In this document: piece by piece, positions 13,027 through 25,869 of the stretch
Layout: every line of letters starts with the position of its first letter
Numbering within the stretch: the stretch's first letter is position 1
NCBI GenBank assembly: GCA_951406725.2
Contig: OX597830.1
Location: forward strand, 63,426,001-63,490,000
Source of the DNA: Octopus vulgaris
Taxonomy: Eukaryota
Direction: 5' to 3'
DNA length: 64,000 nucleotides
Made by a program: the position numbers and the translations under genes
Notes under the pieces: generated by a model
What the model saw: the letters and a program-made list of their open reading frames with translations, nothing else
Databases searched by the model: none
What the model was told of the DNA's origin: nothing

Positions 13027-13418
13027 CTCTTTACTCTTTTACTCTTTTCGGTCATTTGACTGCGGCCATGCTGGAGCACCGCCTTTAGTCGAGCAAATCG
13101 ACCCTGGGACTTATTCTATGTAAGCCCAGTACTTATTCTATCGGTCTCTTTTGCCGAGCCGCTAAGTTATGGGGACATAAACACACCAGCATCGGTTGTC
13201 AAGCGATGTTGGGGGGACAAACACACACACATACTTATATATATATACATATATTCGACAGGCTTCTTTCAGTTTCCGTCTACCAAATCCACTCACAAGG
13301 CATTGGTCGGCCTGGGGCTATAGCAGAAGACACTTGCCCAAGATGCCACGCTGTGGGACTGAACCCGGAACCATGTGGTTGGTTAGCAAGCTACCTACCA
13401 CACAGCCACTCCTGCGCC
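13027..13418 (-). mobile_element. SINE family A
   Basis: Reverse complement of consensus. Confidence 0.9.
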
Positions 13419-14296
13419 TTTGCAGATAACTTTCAAATAATATTTCAAAATATTGTCAAAGATCAGATATTTTTAGGTAAAGCTGGCTCAGATTACAGCC
13501 CATGGTGAGAAATGTGTAACTTGGAGTACTCAAGATTACGATCGTTTTAGTCACAATATAATTTTTATCGTTTGCTTTAGTCATTAGTCTACAGCCATAC
13601 TGGAGCACTGTCTTGAAGGATTCTAGTTGAATAAATTGGCAGCAGTACTTATTCTTAATAAACCTGGTACTTATCCTATTCATCTTTTTTCGGTTGAACT
13701 GCTAAGTTACAGGGATGTAAACAAACCAACATTGCCTGTCAAACAGTAGGAGGAGACAAATGTGCATGTGTGCACATATGCACACATATCTGATGAGCTC
13801 CTTTCAGTTTCTGTCTACCAAATCGACTGACAAAGTGCTGTGGTGTGGGACTGAACCCAGAACCATATGGTTGGGAAGCCAGCTTCTTACCACTATGATA
13901 CTTTGGCTTTTTGATTGACAAGGAAAACACTCAGTTGCGAATATTCCGTGTATCATGTCTTTGTCTATATTTCCTGTCTGTTAAATTTTTATCTAGTTTC
14001 CCATTTGCTCTGTTTTCATCTGATATTCTCTCCTTGTTGTGTTCTATAACTGTTCAACCCATGATACACACACACACACAACAGCATTAACCTTTTAGAA
14101 ACTGGCCATATCCGGCTGAAGTTTTCTACCTATTTTATGTTTAAACTGACCAGATCAGGTCTCTCACACCTAAGTATTGAGTTTTGTAAGTTATCACTTC
14201 TCATGAGATTTATATCAATATAATTTTTTTCTTCATCATCGTTTATTGTTCACTTTTCCATGCTGGTATGGATCAGACAGAATTTGTTGAGACACA

Positions 14297-14530
14297 AGGT
14301 AGCGAGCTGGCAGAATCATCAGCACACCAGGGGAAATGCTTAGCAGTAGTTCGTCTGTCTTTACGTTCTCAGTTCAAATTCCGCAGAGATCGACTTTGCC
14401 TTTCATCCTTTTGGGATTGATAAATTAAGTACCAGTTATGCACTGGGATTGATGTAATCGACTTAAACCCTTTGTCTGTCCTTGTTTGTCCCCTCTATGT
14501 TTAGCCCCTTGTGGGCAATAAAGAAATAAG
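14297..14530 (+). mobile_element. tRNA-derived SINE family B with a target-site duplication
   Basis: Head AAGGTAGCGAGCTGGCAGAA, B-box AGTTCAAATTCC, central GCCTTTCATCCTTT.GGG.TTGATAAATTAAGTACCAG (resembles the Meta/MESC SINE domain, from recall) and tail GCCCCTTGTGGGCAATAAAGAAATAAG. Flanked by AGAATTTGTTGAG on both sides. Confidence 0.85.
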
Positions 14531-17149
14531 AATTTGTTGAGGCGCATTTTCTATGGTTGGATGCCCTTCCTGTCAACAACCTTTACCTGTTTCCAAGCAA
14601 GCTAATATTCCCCCATGGCCAAGTATATATTTTGTTTTACATGGGAGACTGGAATTGAATAACATTACTTGTATGTCTTTGATGCTCATTTACAGCCATC
14701 ATGTGATGTAAAAACAAGAGTACACACATCATCATCATCATCATCATAATTTAACGTCCGTTTTTCCATGCTGGCATGGGTTGGACAAACACACACACAC
14801 ACATACAGTACATATATATGTATGTGTGTGTGTACACATACTGGCCATTTTTTTTTTTAGTTTCTGTCCACCAAATGTACAAAACACTTGCCCAAGGTGC
14901 TGCCCCATGGGAATGAACCTGAAATCATGTGGTTTGCAAAGTGAGCTTCTTAATCATGCAGCCATGCTTACATCTTCTACTTGATGATATTTCTAATCCA
15001 TAAACTTCTTTATCCAGGTATTCATTTTCTCTTACCTAATCCCTTCATTGTTAACATTGTGTAGCAGTGGTGTGCCCCTGGTGGTCATTTATCACAGGGG
15101 AGACAATCGCTTCTAGTTTAAGTTAGGTGAAATTGGAAGTTTGAATTTTAAGTCTGAGAAAGGTGCACAAATTATACACATTTAATATTTTTTTTTGATA
15201 CACTGTATAAAAGATCTTAGTATTTCCGGTGGCTGTGTGGTAAGAAGCTTGCTTCCCAACCACATGGTACTAGGTTCAGTCCCACTGTGTGGCTCCTTGG
15301 GTAAGTGTCTTTTACTATAGCCTCAGACTGACCAAAGCCTTGTGAGTGAATTTTGTAGATGGAAACTGAAAGAAGCCCATTGTGTATGCATGTGGCTAAA
15401 AATAGAAGAATAGCTGTCACGTCTTAAATCCACCCTACCTTCTTTGTTTAACCTTTTAGTCGTATTCTTGTTAAAATACACTGCATTTGTATCAATTATT
15501 TTTGTAAATAATGGAGAATTTAGTAAAACAACTTTGTTATTAATCTGGTGTTTAAGAAAATAGCAGGAAACTTTGATGGCAGGCTTTAATTTAAATCACT
15601 TAAAAACCCTTTTGTTACCATATTCCTGTTGAAATACATTGCCTTTGTTTCGGTTAATATTTGAAATAACAGAGAATTTACTAAAATAACTTTGTCATTA
15701 AGTTGGTTTGTTTATGTTCCTGTAACTTAGCAGTTCAGTAAAGAGACCAATAGAAAGAGTACCAAAATAAGGACTGGAGTCGATTCCTTTGACTAAAACC
15801 TTTTGAGGTGGTGCTCCAGCATGGCCACAGTCGGATGACTGAAATAGGTAAAGAGATAACGGCATCAAGGATCAACGAGATGGAGGAAGTTAAACCAGGT
15901 AGGCATGATCGACAAACCAGAACCATGCTTCCACTGCCACCACCACCACCACCACCACCAACAGCAGCAGCAGCTGCTACAGGGGCATAGGCACCTCTAG
16001 CCTGCCCACAGTTGAGTGGTCATCTGTGAAGGAGCATCCTTCCAACCATGGAAAAGTCTAGTTGCTCCGATTCATATGCAAATGATAGAAAAAAAGAGGG
16101 AAAAAATGGAATTATGGAAAAGGGGGAAGAAGTAAACTTTCTATTCTGTCCCCCTCACACCACCACCACCACCACCCCTCAGACCGAATGTAACATGAAA
16201 ATTCTTTTATTTATTTATTTTTTATTATTATTATTATTATTATTAATTTTTTTTTTTTTCTGCTTGTTCAGATGCTACATTCAGCATTACAGTTCAGTGG
16301 TTATCTTTTTAGAAGTAACATCACCTTGTAAATGAAAATGAAACAAAAAAAAAAAATCCCCCCCCCCCCAAAAACAAGACAAAAACATCAAACAAACAAA
16401 AAGCAAACAGTAATTGCTTTGTTCACATATGTAAATGTCTGTATTTACATATGCATCCAAGATAAAGCATTTATTAATCAAACCAGGAAGATATCAAGAA
16501 AAAAACGAAAAGAAAAAAATTTGGAAACAAGGGAATAAGGGAATTAGTTATATATTGGATAAAAAGTACCTTGTGGTATTTACCTCCATCCTTGTGTGTG
16601 TTCTCACTTCAAACCTTGCTGTGATTAACTTTGCCTTTCATCTTTTCAAGATTAACTCTTTTGTGGCTGTGTGGTTAAGAACCTTGCATTGCAACCATGT
16701 GGTTTGGTGTTCAGTCCCACTGTGTGGTACCTTGGGAAAGTGCCTATTACTAAAGCCATGGTCTAATCAATGCCTTTTGAGTGAGTTTGATAGATGGTAA
16801 CTGTGTAGAAGCCCCTGATACAATAACTAAAAATGTGTTGTTATAGAAATAGGTTAAAACGGCAATTCAAAAATGAGGTACTTATTTGAAAAGTCACCTG
16901 AGAAGATACATTTGAACCCATAGTGCATGATAATTGATTGTTCAACATCTCACCTGTTAGGTATGGGTGAATGATGAGTCGAAACGATTGTAGTGATTTT
17001 GAATAAAGTCTTGTGAATTCCATTTTCTATCTCTTGTATTTTTTACATAAACTCTATGGATACAAAGAAATTTCCAAAGTAAATCCAGCAGCATATGCAT
17101 CCATACTGTTGTTGACATCAGATAGTCAAATACTGTGGAAGGGCTTTAA

Positions 17150-17369
17150 CCCTTTCATTACTGTATTTATTTTGAGATGCTCTGTGTTTCTTTCAATTAC
17201 TTTAAATATAACAAAGAGTTGAGTAAAATAACTTAGTATTCATTCAGCTAGTGTTAGGAACATAAATTGTGACTAAGGTTTGGTGGGAAATTTTAATTCA
17301 AAACTTATGAAAACAAGACATTTGTACTCAGAGCCAGAGCTGGTTTCAACCGGTTTGGTACCAAAAGGG
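17150..17369 (+). mobile_element. piggyBac-type MITE
   Basis: TTAA|CCCTTT...AAAGGG|TTAA. Confidence 0.88.
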
Positions 17370-17400
17370 TTAAGGATTATTTTTCTATTATATATTTTAA

Positions 17401-17593
17401 CCCTTTTGTTATCATATTTCTGTTGAGATGCTCTGTGTTTCTTTCAATTAATTATAAATATAACAAAGAATTTAGTAAAATAACTTAGCTATCATTCAGT
17501 TAGTGTTAGGGAAATTTTAATTCAAAACTTATGAAAACAAGACATTTGTACTCAGAGCCAGAGCTGGTTTCAGCTGGGTTGGTAACGAAAGGG
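17401..17593 (+). mobile_element. piggyBac-type MITE, internally deleted sister copy
   Basis: TTAA|CCCTTT...AAAGGG|TTAA. Confidence 0.88.
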
Positions 17594-17912
17594 TTAACAG
17601 CATACTACAAGGTGTTTACGTGATTATAAAACTATTACTGTGTGTGTGTGTGTGTGTGTGCATATTTCTCAGTGTGTTTGTCCTCCCGCTGTTTGAAAAT
17701 TAGTGCTGGTTTGTGTCCACTTTGTAACTTTGCAGTTCAACAAAAAGGGACCAATAAAATTAGTGCAAGAGTTAAAATAAGTACTCAGGTCAGTTTGTTC
17801 AACTAAACCCTGCAAGGAAGTGACTCAACAGGGCTGTAATTCGATGACTTCGGGAATAAAATGGCTTCATTGGAAACTCACGTTGACAAAGTGAATGTGA
17901 GTGGCATGGAGT

Positions 17913-18063
17913 GGATAGATAGATAGATAGATAGACAGATAGGTAGATAGATAGATAGATAGATAGATAGACAGGTAGGTAGGTAGGTAGGTAGATAGAT
18001 AGATATAGATAGATAGATAGATAGATAGATAGAGAGAGAGATGGCTAGATGATTAGGTAGGTA
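17913..18063. repeat. (GATA)n/(GGTA)n microsatellite
   Basis: Seen directly. Confidence 0.95.
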
Positions 18064-18685
18064 GCAAGGGTGGTTGATTAGTTGGTTGGTTGTGGGTGCC
18101 AGAAGCTAGATGGATAGGTAGTTATAGATGAGAAACGAAATTCTACTTGGTAAATGTAGGTGCCAGTGGCTATATAGATAGACAGGGAGTTGTGAGAAGT
18201 TTCTTTTGATTATAGAAACAAAGAGAATATTGTTTGGTGCTGGGGGGAAAAACATAATAATTGACCCATAACTAAAAATTGTGCTTTTGTAGCCAGGCAG
18301 CCAGGCATTGTGGCAATATATATATATACACACACATAAATATAAACACATACAAAACTATGATTTAATCAAGCACACACATACTGACATACTAGTTTTT
18401 ATTAATGTATGTATGTTTAAGTATGTGTGTGAGTATCTTCATATATATATAGATATAATCCAGGCGATCAGCCCAGCAGCACTTTGTGTATGTGTGTGTG
18501 TGCGTGTGTGTATGTATCTATCTCTCTTTCTCTCTCTCTCTCTATATATATATGAAGGAAAATTCTTCATTTAAAATTCAAGGAAGCCAGATGTTCAAAG
18601 AGCTCTCAATACAAGTTCAAGATAACTGTAGAGCCAATAGTTATGGTTTTACATATTTAATGTTTACTCTGTGTGTGCGTGTATA

Positions 18686-18723
<38 letters not shown>

Positions 18724-19167
18724 GAGTTTAAACCTTCAAAAGTTATTGTGCTTTGTGTAAATCATATACCGATATATATGCATAAGTATATATGAATATG
18801 CATGGATAGATGTATGTGTTTATGTATCTGTATGTATGTGAGAGTGTATGCACTATATATATATATGTATATATATATGTGTTTGTGTGTGTGTGCATGT
18901 ATGGAGTATGTCTGTAGCTATTGTGCTTTGTAACTTGTGTAAGTAACATTACACTTTGACTAACAACTGGCTCCACCGCCCTCTCACCGTTATTTAATTA
19001 GAGGAAAGTAAGGTATTCAGCCATAAATTCCATGTATAATAAAAAAAAGAACAAAAACAAAAAAAATCCCGAAAGAAAAACAAAACTACTTGTTCTTAGA
19101 ATAATCAGGTTTCTAACAATGAACACTCCTACACATTCTGCTATGCCAAAATAAATGTAATAATGAT

Positions 19168-19204
<37 letters not shown>

Positions 19205-19452
19205 GCTACTGCTGCTGCTGCTAATAATAATAATAATAATAATGATAATAATAATAAACCTTTCTACTATAGACACAAGGCCTGAAATATTATACCAAAC
19301 CAGCATTTGACCAATACTTATTTTATTGACCCCCCCCCCCCCGAAGAATGGAAGGCAATGTCAACCTTGGCAGCATTTGAATTGGGAACATAAAGACAGA
19401 AAAAATGCTGCTAAACATTTTGTCTGCCATGCTAACAATTCTACCAGCTCAC

Positions 19453-19875
19453 CATCATCATCATCATCATCATCATCATCGTTTAATGTCCGTTCCCATG
19501 CTGGCATGGGCTGGATGGTTTGACTGGGAACTGGCAAGCCGAGAGGCTGCACCAGACTCCAATCTGGTCTGGCGAGGTTTATACAGCTGGATGCCCTTCC
19601 TAATGCCAACCACTCTGAGAGTGTAGTGAGTGCTTTTTACATGCACTGGCACAGGAGCAAGTCAGGTGGCACTGACATCGGCCATGTTCGGATGGTGCTT
19701 TTTACATGCCTCCGGCACAGGGAACCAGTCAGGTGGCCCTGGCTGCAACCAGTCAGGTGGCCCTGGCTGCAACAAGAGCCAGTTGGGGTAGGGGCACTGA
19801 CATCGACCACATTTGGATGGTGCTTTTTACATGCCACCTGCACAGGGAACCAGTCAGGTGGCCCTGGCTGCAACC
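19453..19875 (-). mobile_element. RTE LINE 3' UTR/tail, diverged
   Basis: (CAT)n plus tail consensus plus repeated GGTGCTTTTTACATGCC modules. Confidence 0.8.
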
Positions 19876-20516
19876 CATGCAATAAAAATCCTTTCTACAA
19901 TAGGCACAAGGCCTGACATTTAGGCCTGACATTCAGTTCAAATTCCGCGGTGATCGACTTTGCCTTTCATCCTTTTGGGATTGATAAATTAAGTACCAGT
20001 TATGCACTGGGATTGATGTAATCGACTTAAACCCTTTGTCTGTCCTTGTTTGTCCCGTCTATGTTTAGCCCCTTGTGGGCAATAAAGAAATAAGAATTTG
20101 TTGAGGCACATTTTCTATGGTTGGGTGCCCTTCCTGTCAACAACCTTTACCTGTTGACTGGAGTCAATTACATCGACTCCAGTGTTCCACTGATATGCGT
20201 TTCATCAACCCTGAAAGGATGAAAGGCAAAGTTGACCTTGGCAGAATTTGAACTCGGAGCGCAAAGAAGGATTTTGCCTGGTATGCTAACAATTCTGCTA
20301 GCTCACCACCTTAATGATAATAATCCTTTCTACTAAAGGCACAATGCCTAAAATTTTGGGGTAGGGGCCTAGTAAATTACATTGATCCCAGTGCATAACT
20401 GGTACTTAATTTATCAACCCTGTAAGGATGAAAGGCATTTTGCCCGATGTGCTAACGATTCTGCCAGCTCACTGCTTTGCTTAAGAATGATAATAATAAT
20501 AAGAATAAGAATAATA

Positions 20517-20696
20517 AAAGCACCCACTACACTCTCAAAGTGGTTGGCGTTAGGAAGGGCATCCAGCTGTAGAAACTCTGCCTGATCAAGATTGAAGCCT
20601 GGTGCAGCCATCTGGTTTGCCAGACCTCAGTCAAATCGTCCAACCCAAGCTAGCATGGAAAGCGGACATTAAATGATGATGATGATGATGATGATG
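20517..20696 (+). mobile_element. RTE LINE 3' tail
   Basis: Tail consensus ending in (GAT)n. Confidence 0.85.
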
Positions 20697-20707
20697 AATA
20701 ACAACAA

Positions 20708-20728
20708 GAGTTCAATTCCAGGCAGTGA

Positions 20729-20773
<45 letters not shown>

Positions 20774-20918
20774 CATCAAAAAATACCTTAGGAATGAGAA
20801 TCCAGGTTCAAAATTTCCTCAAGACATCTGATGAAGGCTGGAGGGTATATCAGCCAAAATGTCGTGTTAATAACAAACAAGATGAGGACAAATATCCATC
20901 AAATGTAAATAATGTATA
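20708..20918 (+). mobile_element. Second, 5'-truncated copy of the tRNA-headed hammerhead element
   Basis: B-box GAGTTCAATTCC, then GACAT-CTGATGA-A-GGCTG..CAGCC-AAAA-TGTC-GTGTT at 20823-20868. Confidence 0.75.
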
Positions 20919-21799
20919 AGAAGCACTGAGAGAGCGCAAACCTGCGCTAAGGCAACACCACCATCGTCTCAACGATCAGCCAAAGATGATTTTTAAAATG
21001 AGAATACTAAAAATGTACCTGACTGCTCTCAAAAATTATGTTAAAAAGCCGGAAAAATAATTTAGAATCTTTGCTGGTATCTGATCGATCCCAATGGTGG
21101 TCATCGAATTTGAGGGTGGCTGTGGAAAATTTAGTAACAGTAATAGATAGTTTATTCTTATCTAATACAAGCCAAAGTTAACAAATCTACCATTCAAAAT
21201 AGTTTCAAAGGTAGACGTAATAAAAAGAAGTTCTACTCAGGAATTTTTAAATGAATAACATGAGTCCTTTTGGTTTTTCTCTTCTCTTAAATTCCGGCCT
21301 TCCTTTAGTATTCCTGTTGTTTTAGATCGATGTATAGATGTATGTATGTCTGTAAGTATACTGTAAAGTGTTAATATGTATGTTTAATATATATATATTA
21401 TATAAATATGTTAGTGTTATTTAATTTCTTAAGGGTTTTGCTGCTGTTTGCTTATGTAGTTTGATTTCTTTATCCATCAGTTTCTACTAAGATAGAGACA
21501 TGAGTAAAATTAAAAACGAAAATAAAACTTTAGAAGCAGCCTAAAAGGAGATAATTGAGTAAGATTTGAACGTAAATATAAGATCATAATCATGTAAAGT
21601 AAATATAACAAATAATCCAGAATCCTTGTCCGGTACTGGATCGATCCCAAAATCTAATCAGTTTGTGCCAGTCACGAGGCCAAACATCCCTGAAAGTTTC
21701 ATCCAAATCCATCCAGCAGTTCTTGAGATATCTTGTCCATAGACAAACAAACAAACACAACTGAAAACAATACCTTCGCCTTAGCGAAGGCGGAGGTAA
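20917..21799 (-). mobile_element. Helentron-associated (HINE/DINE-like) non-autonomous element
   Basis: On minus: 5' subTIR ACCTCCGCC with an adjacent inverted copy, (GTTT)n, then a degenerate 3' subTIR plus hairpin. A partial 3' end also lies at 44898-45077. Confidence 0.7.
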
Positions 21800-22433
21800 T
21801 AATGATCTGAGTGGTAAGGAGTTTGCTTTCCAACCACATAGTTTTGGACTCAGTTCACTGTATGGTACCAAAGGGCAGGCATCTTCTACAGTGGATTTGG
21901 GCAGACCAAAACCTTGTGAGTGCATCTGATAGATGGAAACTGAAAAAAGAAGACCATCATATATATCTGTGTGTGTGTGTGTGTGTGCATGGTAATTGTA
22001 TGTGAGCATTGCTGTTATACAAGCAGTGTTGTTCATTTCCAATATTCTGTGAAATGTGTCTGGCCATGGGGAACTATTACCTTGCTTGGTAACAGGTGAG
22101 GGTTGGTGAGAGGAAGAGTGTCTGGTAGTTGAAAATCTGCCTCAAATATATTCTATTTGAACCATGGAAAAGCATGGAAAAGTGGATATTAAATGATTTA
22201 TGATGATGATAATATTTCTAATTTTGATACATGGCCAGCAATTTTAGGATTAGAAGCTTACTCAATTATATCAACCCCAATGCTTAACTGGTACTTATTT
22301 TATTAACATGAAGAGGATGAAAGCCAAAGTCCTCCTTGGTGGAGCTCAGAATGTAAACCTGGAAGAAATGCTGCAAAATATTTTACCTGGCATGCTAATG
22401 CTTGTGCTAATAATAATAATAATAATAATAATA

Positions 22434-22471
<38 letters not shown>

Positions 22472-22475
<4 letters not shown>

Positions 22476-23028
22476 GCCCTGATGCAGTATCAGGCAGTGG
22501 ATCTCATGGCTTCTGATCTTAACTGATTGGAAGTGTTATCATGGACATAGTTTTCTCTTGGTATAAAAGATGGGCTACAGCAAATATTCTGCTCAATGCC
22601 AGAGATTTGCTTGTCAGTTGTTTGACCTTAACCAGTTGACCATGTGCCTTGGTGGCTGACGATATATGTATCTCTGATCATGAGCAGGAGTCTTGGGGGC
22701 GCATCATAGCCATGTGTTGAGAGGAATTTTGGGGCGCTTGGATAATTCTCCTTTGGAAACATGGGCATTTTGTTCATCATCCTTAAACAACCCTTATTCA
22801 GGGATCTTTTGAGCAGGATGGGCTACTCGGCCTGAATAAAATTCTAACTGGGCCACACCTGCAAGATAATGCACTGTTTATCATGGTATGAGGTCACTAT
22901 GTCATGCATATATAGTTTTGATGCATGTGCCTGGTGTACCTTTATCAGACAGTAGTCATGATGGATGTACTGGACTTCGTATATTTTACTCCAGTGTCAC
23001 TTTGACGGCATGCACTGCTCTCTCACTC
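22472..23028 (+). mobile_element. ~557-bp non-coding interspersed element (family E) inserted in (TAA)n
   Basis: End-to-end homologous with 59135-59692, with a partial copy at 49322-49490. No TIRs and no ORF. Confidence 0.85.
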
Positions 23029-23393
23029 AATAATAATAATAATAATAATAACCCTTTCTACTAAAGACACAAGGCCTGAAATCTACGGGGAGGGGACTAG
23101 TCGATTACATCGACCCCAAAAGTATGAAAGGTAAAGTCGACCTTGGCGGAATTCGACTTTGCCTTTCATCCTTTCAGGGTCAATAAATTAAGTACCAGTG
23201 AAACACTGGGGTCGATGTAATTGACCTGTTCCCTCCCACCAGCCTTGTGCCTTTTGTAGGAATGATTATTATTATCATAAAGGCGGTGAGCCAGCAGAAT
23301 TGTTAACATGCTGGGCAAAATGCTTAATGGCATTTTGTCTGTCTTTACATTCTGAGTTCAAATTCCATTGAGGTTGACTTTGCATTTCATCCT

Positions 23394-23395
<2 letters not shown>

Positions 23396-23426
<31 letters not shown>

Positions 23427-23765
23427 GTTTAATGTCCGTTTTCCGCGCTAGCACGGGTTGGACAGTTCGACCGGGGTCTGGGAAGCCAGGGGCTGCACCA
23501 GGCTCCAGTCTGATCTGGCAGAGTTTCTACAGCTGGATGCACTTCCTAACGCCAACCACTCCGCGAGTGTAGTGGGTGCTTTTTACGTGCCACCTGCACA
23601 GGTGCCAGGGGGGTCTGGCATCGGCCACGATTGGTTGGAGCTTTTAACGTGCCACCGGCATGGAAGCCAGCCAAGGCGGCGCTGGCAACGGCCATGTTCG
23701 GATGGTGCTTTTTATGTGCCACCGGCACAGGTATCACAACTACTATTTCCATTGATATTTATTTC
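23396..23765 (-). mobile_element. RTE LINE 3' UTR/tail
   Basis: (CAT)n plus tail consensus. Confidence 0.85.
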
Positions 23766-23789
23766 AATAATAATAAGAAGAATAATGAT

Positions 23790-24262
23790 AATTGAAAATA
23801 ATGAGTATAAGATCTTGTGGGGTTTTACAATCCAGTGTGATTCAGTGATTGAGGTTCAGAGATTAGACATTGTTGTAGTTGATAAAATGGTGAAGGAAAC
23901 CAAGATCTTAGGTATTGCCGTACCTGGGGATGTACAAATACATGATAAAGAACTGGAAAAGATTGAGAAGTACAAACCACTAAAAGACGAGGTCGCACAA
24001 ATGTGGAAAATGAAAAAAGTAACTGTCATCTCAGTCGTTGTAGGGACATTAGGAACATAACAACCAGGTTTGAGAAATTTGTTGGAGAAATTGCGATTGG
24101 CATAAGGGTAGAACATGCTCAGAAAATTGCTTTATTGGGGACAACAAGGATTTTGAGATTGGTATTTGCATGTTAAGTATTGTGGAAAGAGACCTGTGAG
24201 ATCCTTGACAACAGGTTGTTGTCTGCTCTTACAGAATTAACCGGAACAAGTGAAATAATAAC
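23790..24262 (+). pseudogene. 3' fragment of a restriction-like-endonuclease LINE (R4/Dong-like)
   Basis: Translates ENNEYKILWGFTIQCDSVIEVQRLDIVVVDK...IAVPGD...KELEKIEKYKPLKDEVAQMW...VVVGTLG, then frameshifted QKIALLGTTRILR. A short 3' UTR ends in TAA-rich repeats. Confidence 0.85.
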
Positions 24263-24870
24263 AATAATAGTAATAATATTACTATGAATCATTTATGTTT
24301 TGCTTCCAGTTGTTTTTTATTTACTTACGTATTAACACACACACACACACACACACATATATATCATAGTTATTTGCTGTTTTCTTGTTTGATTTAGTAA
24401 CTTTAACTATTATTAGAGCAATTATTTTCATTTACGGTCCAATATCTACTTATTTTCTACAATTAAACACCAACAAGCTAACCTACATGTAATTGCTTGA
24501 CCTGCTAAAAATAGAAGAATAGCTGTCACGTCTTAAATCCACCCTACCTTCTTTGTTTAACCTTTTAGTTGTATTCTTGTTAAAATACACTGCATTTGTA
24601 TCAATTATTTTTGTAAATAATGGAGAATTTAGTAAAACAACTTTGTTATTAATCTGGTGTTTAAGAACATAACAGGAAACTTTGATGGCAGGCTTTAATT
24701 TAGATCACTTAAAAACCCTTTTTGTTACCATATTCGTGTTGAAATACATTGCCTTTGTTTCTGTTAATACTGAAAATAACAGAGAATTTACTAAAATAAC
24801 TTTGTCATTAAGCTGGTATTTGGAACATAAATTAACCTGAGATTTTAATGGAAGTTTAAATATCATTTGT

Positions 24871-25034
24871 GGTAAGTTCACCATCGTCAGTTCACTATTT
24901 CTTTTTCAATAAAATAGTTTCTAATTGTTAATGGTGAAATACTATGAAATATATTTTCTTGGTAAACTTTCCTTGCGCTGAACTTTCTTCACAGAGAATT
25001 GATGACACTGAACTTTCCCTGCGGTGAACTTACT
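24871..25034. mobile_element. Small MITE with GGTAAGTTCACC terminal inverted repeats
   Basis: GGTAAGTTCACC at 24871 and GGTGAACTTAC at 25023-25033. Confidence 0.6.
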
Positions 25035-25064
25035 TGTAATCTTTAAATATAGATTACTCTATAT

Positions 25065-25307
25065 CAGTGGTCCCCAACCAGGGTCTATAAAACACTTGTG
25101 GGGTCCATATAAGATTTTCTTGTTAAAGTTTATGAGCAATAAATTAGTCATACTTCTACTAAACACAAATTATTTTAGCAATTTTTTTACAATCCCCAAT
25201 AATATCTAATTATATAAATATAAAAGGTTTTTTTTAAACATGGAAGTTCATGAGAATAAAATAGGAATCAAAGGGGTTCATAGGCAAAAAATGACTGAGA
25301 AACACTG
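25065..25307. mobile_element. Degenerate hAT-like MITE
   Basis: CAGTGGTCCCCAACC...GACTGAGAAACACTG ends. An 8-bp TSD is not recognisable. Confidence 0.5.
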
Positions 25308-25493
25308 GTTTAACACTTTAGCCTTCATATTTATTTCTTTATTGCCCACAGGGGGCTAAACACAGAGGGGACAAACAAGGACAGACAAAGGGATTAAGTT
25401 GATTATATCAACCCCAGTGCATAACTTGTACTTATTTAATTGATCCCAAAAGGATGAAAAGCAAAGTCGGCCTCAGCGGAATTTGAACTCAGA

Positions 25494-25520
25494 ATATATA
25501 TGTATATATATGTATATATA

Positions 25521-25579
<59 letters not shown>

Positions 25580-25649
25580 GTATATATATATGTATATATA
25601 TATTTATATATATGTATATATATATATATATATATATAATATATGTATA

Positions 25650-25714
<65 letters not shown>

Positions 25715-25751
25715 GTATATATATATTTATATATATGTATATATATATATG

Positions 25752-25785
<34 letters not shown>

Positions 25786-25826
25786 CATATATATACATAT
25801 ATATAAATATATGTATGTATGTGTGT
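25494..25826. repeat. Long (TA)n-rich tract
   Basis: Seen directly. Confidence 0.97.
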
Positions 25827-25869
25827 AAACCTCATAAAAAAAAAAGAAACCTACTGATATAAAAGGCAA

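Noticed and set aside
16271-16331. Possible plus-strand exon after a poly-T/CAG acceptor
   Set aside because: No recognisable peptide or donor, and the pyrimidine tract is a simple repeat.
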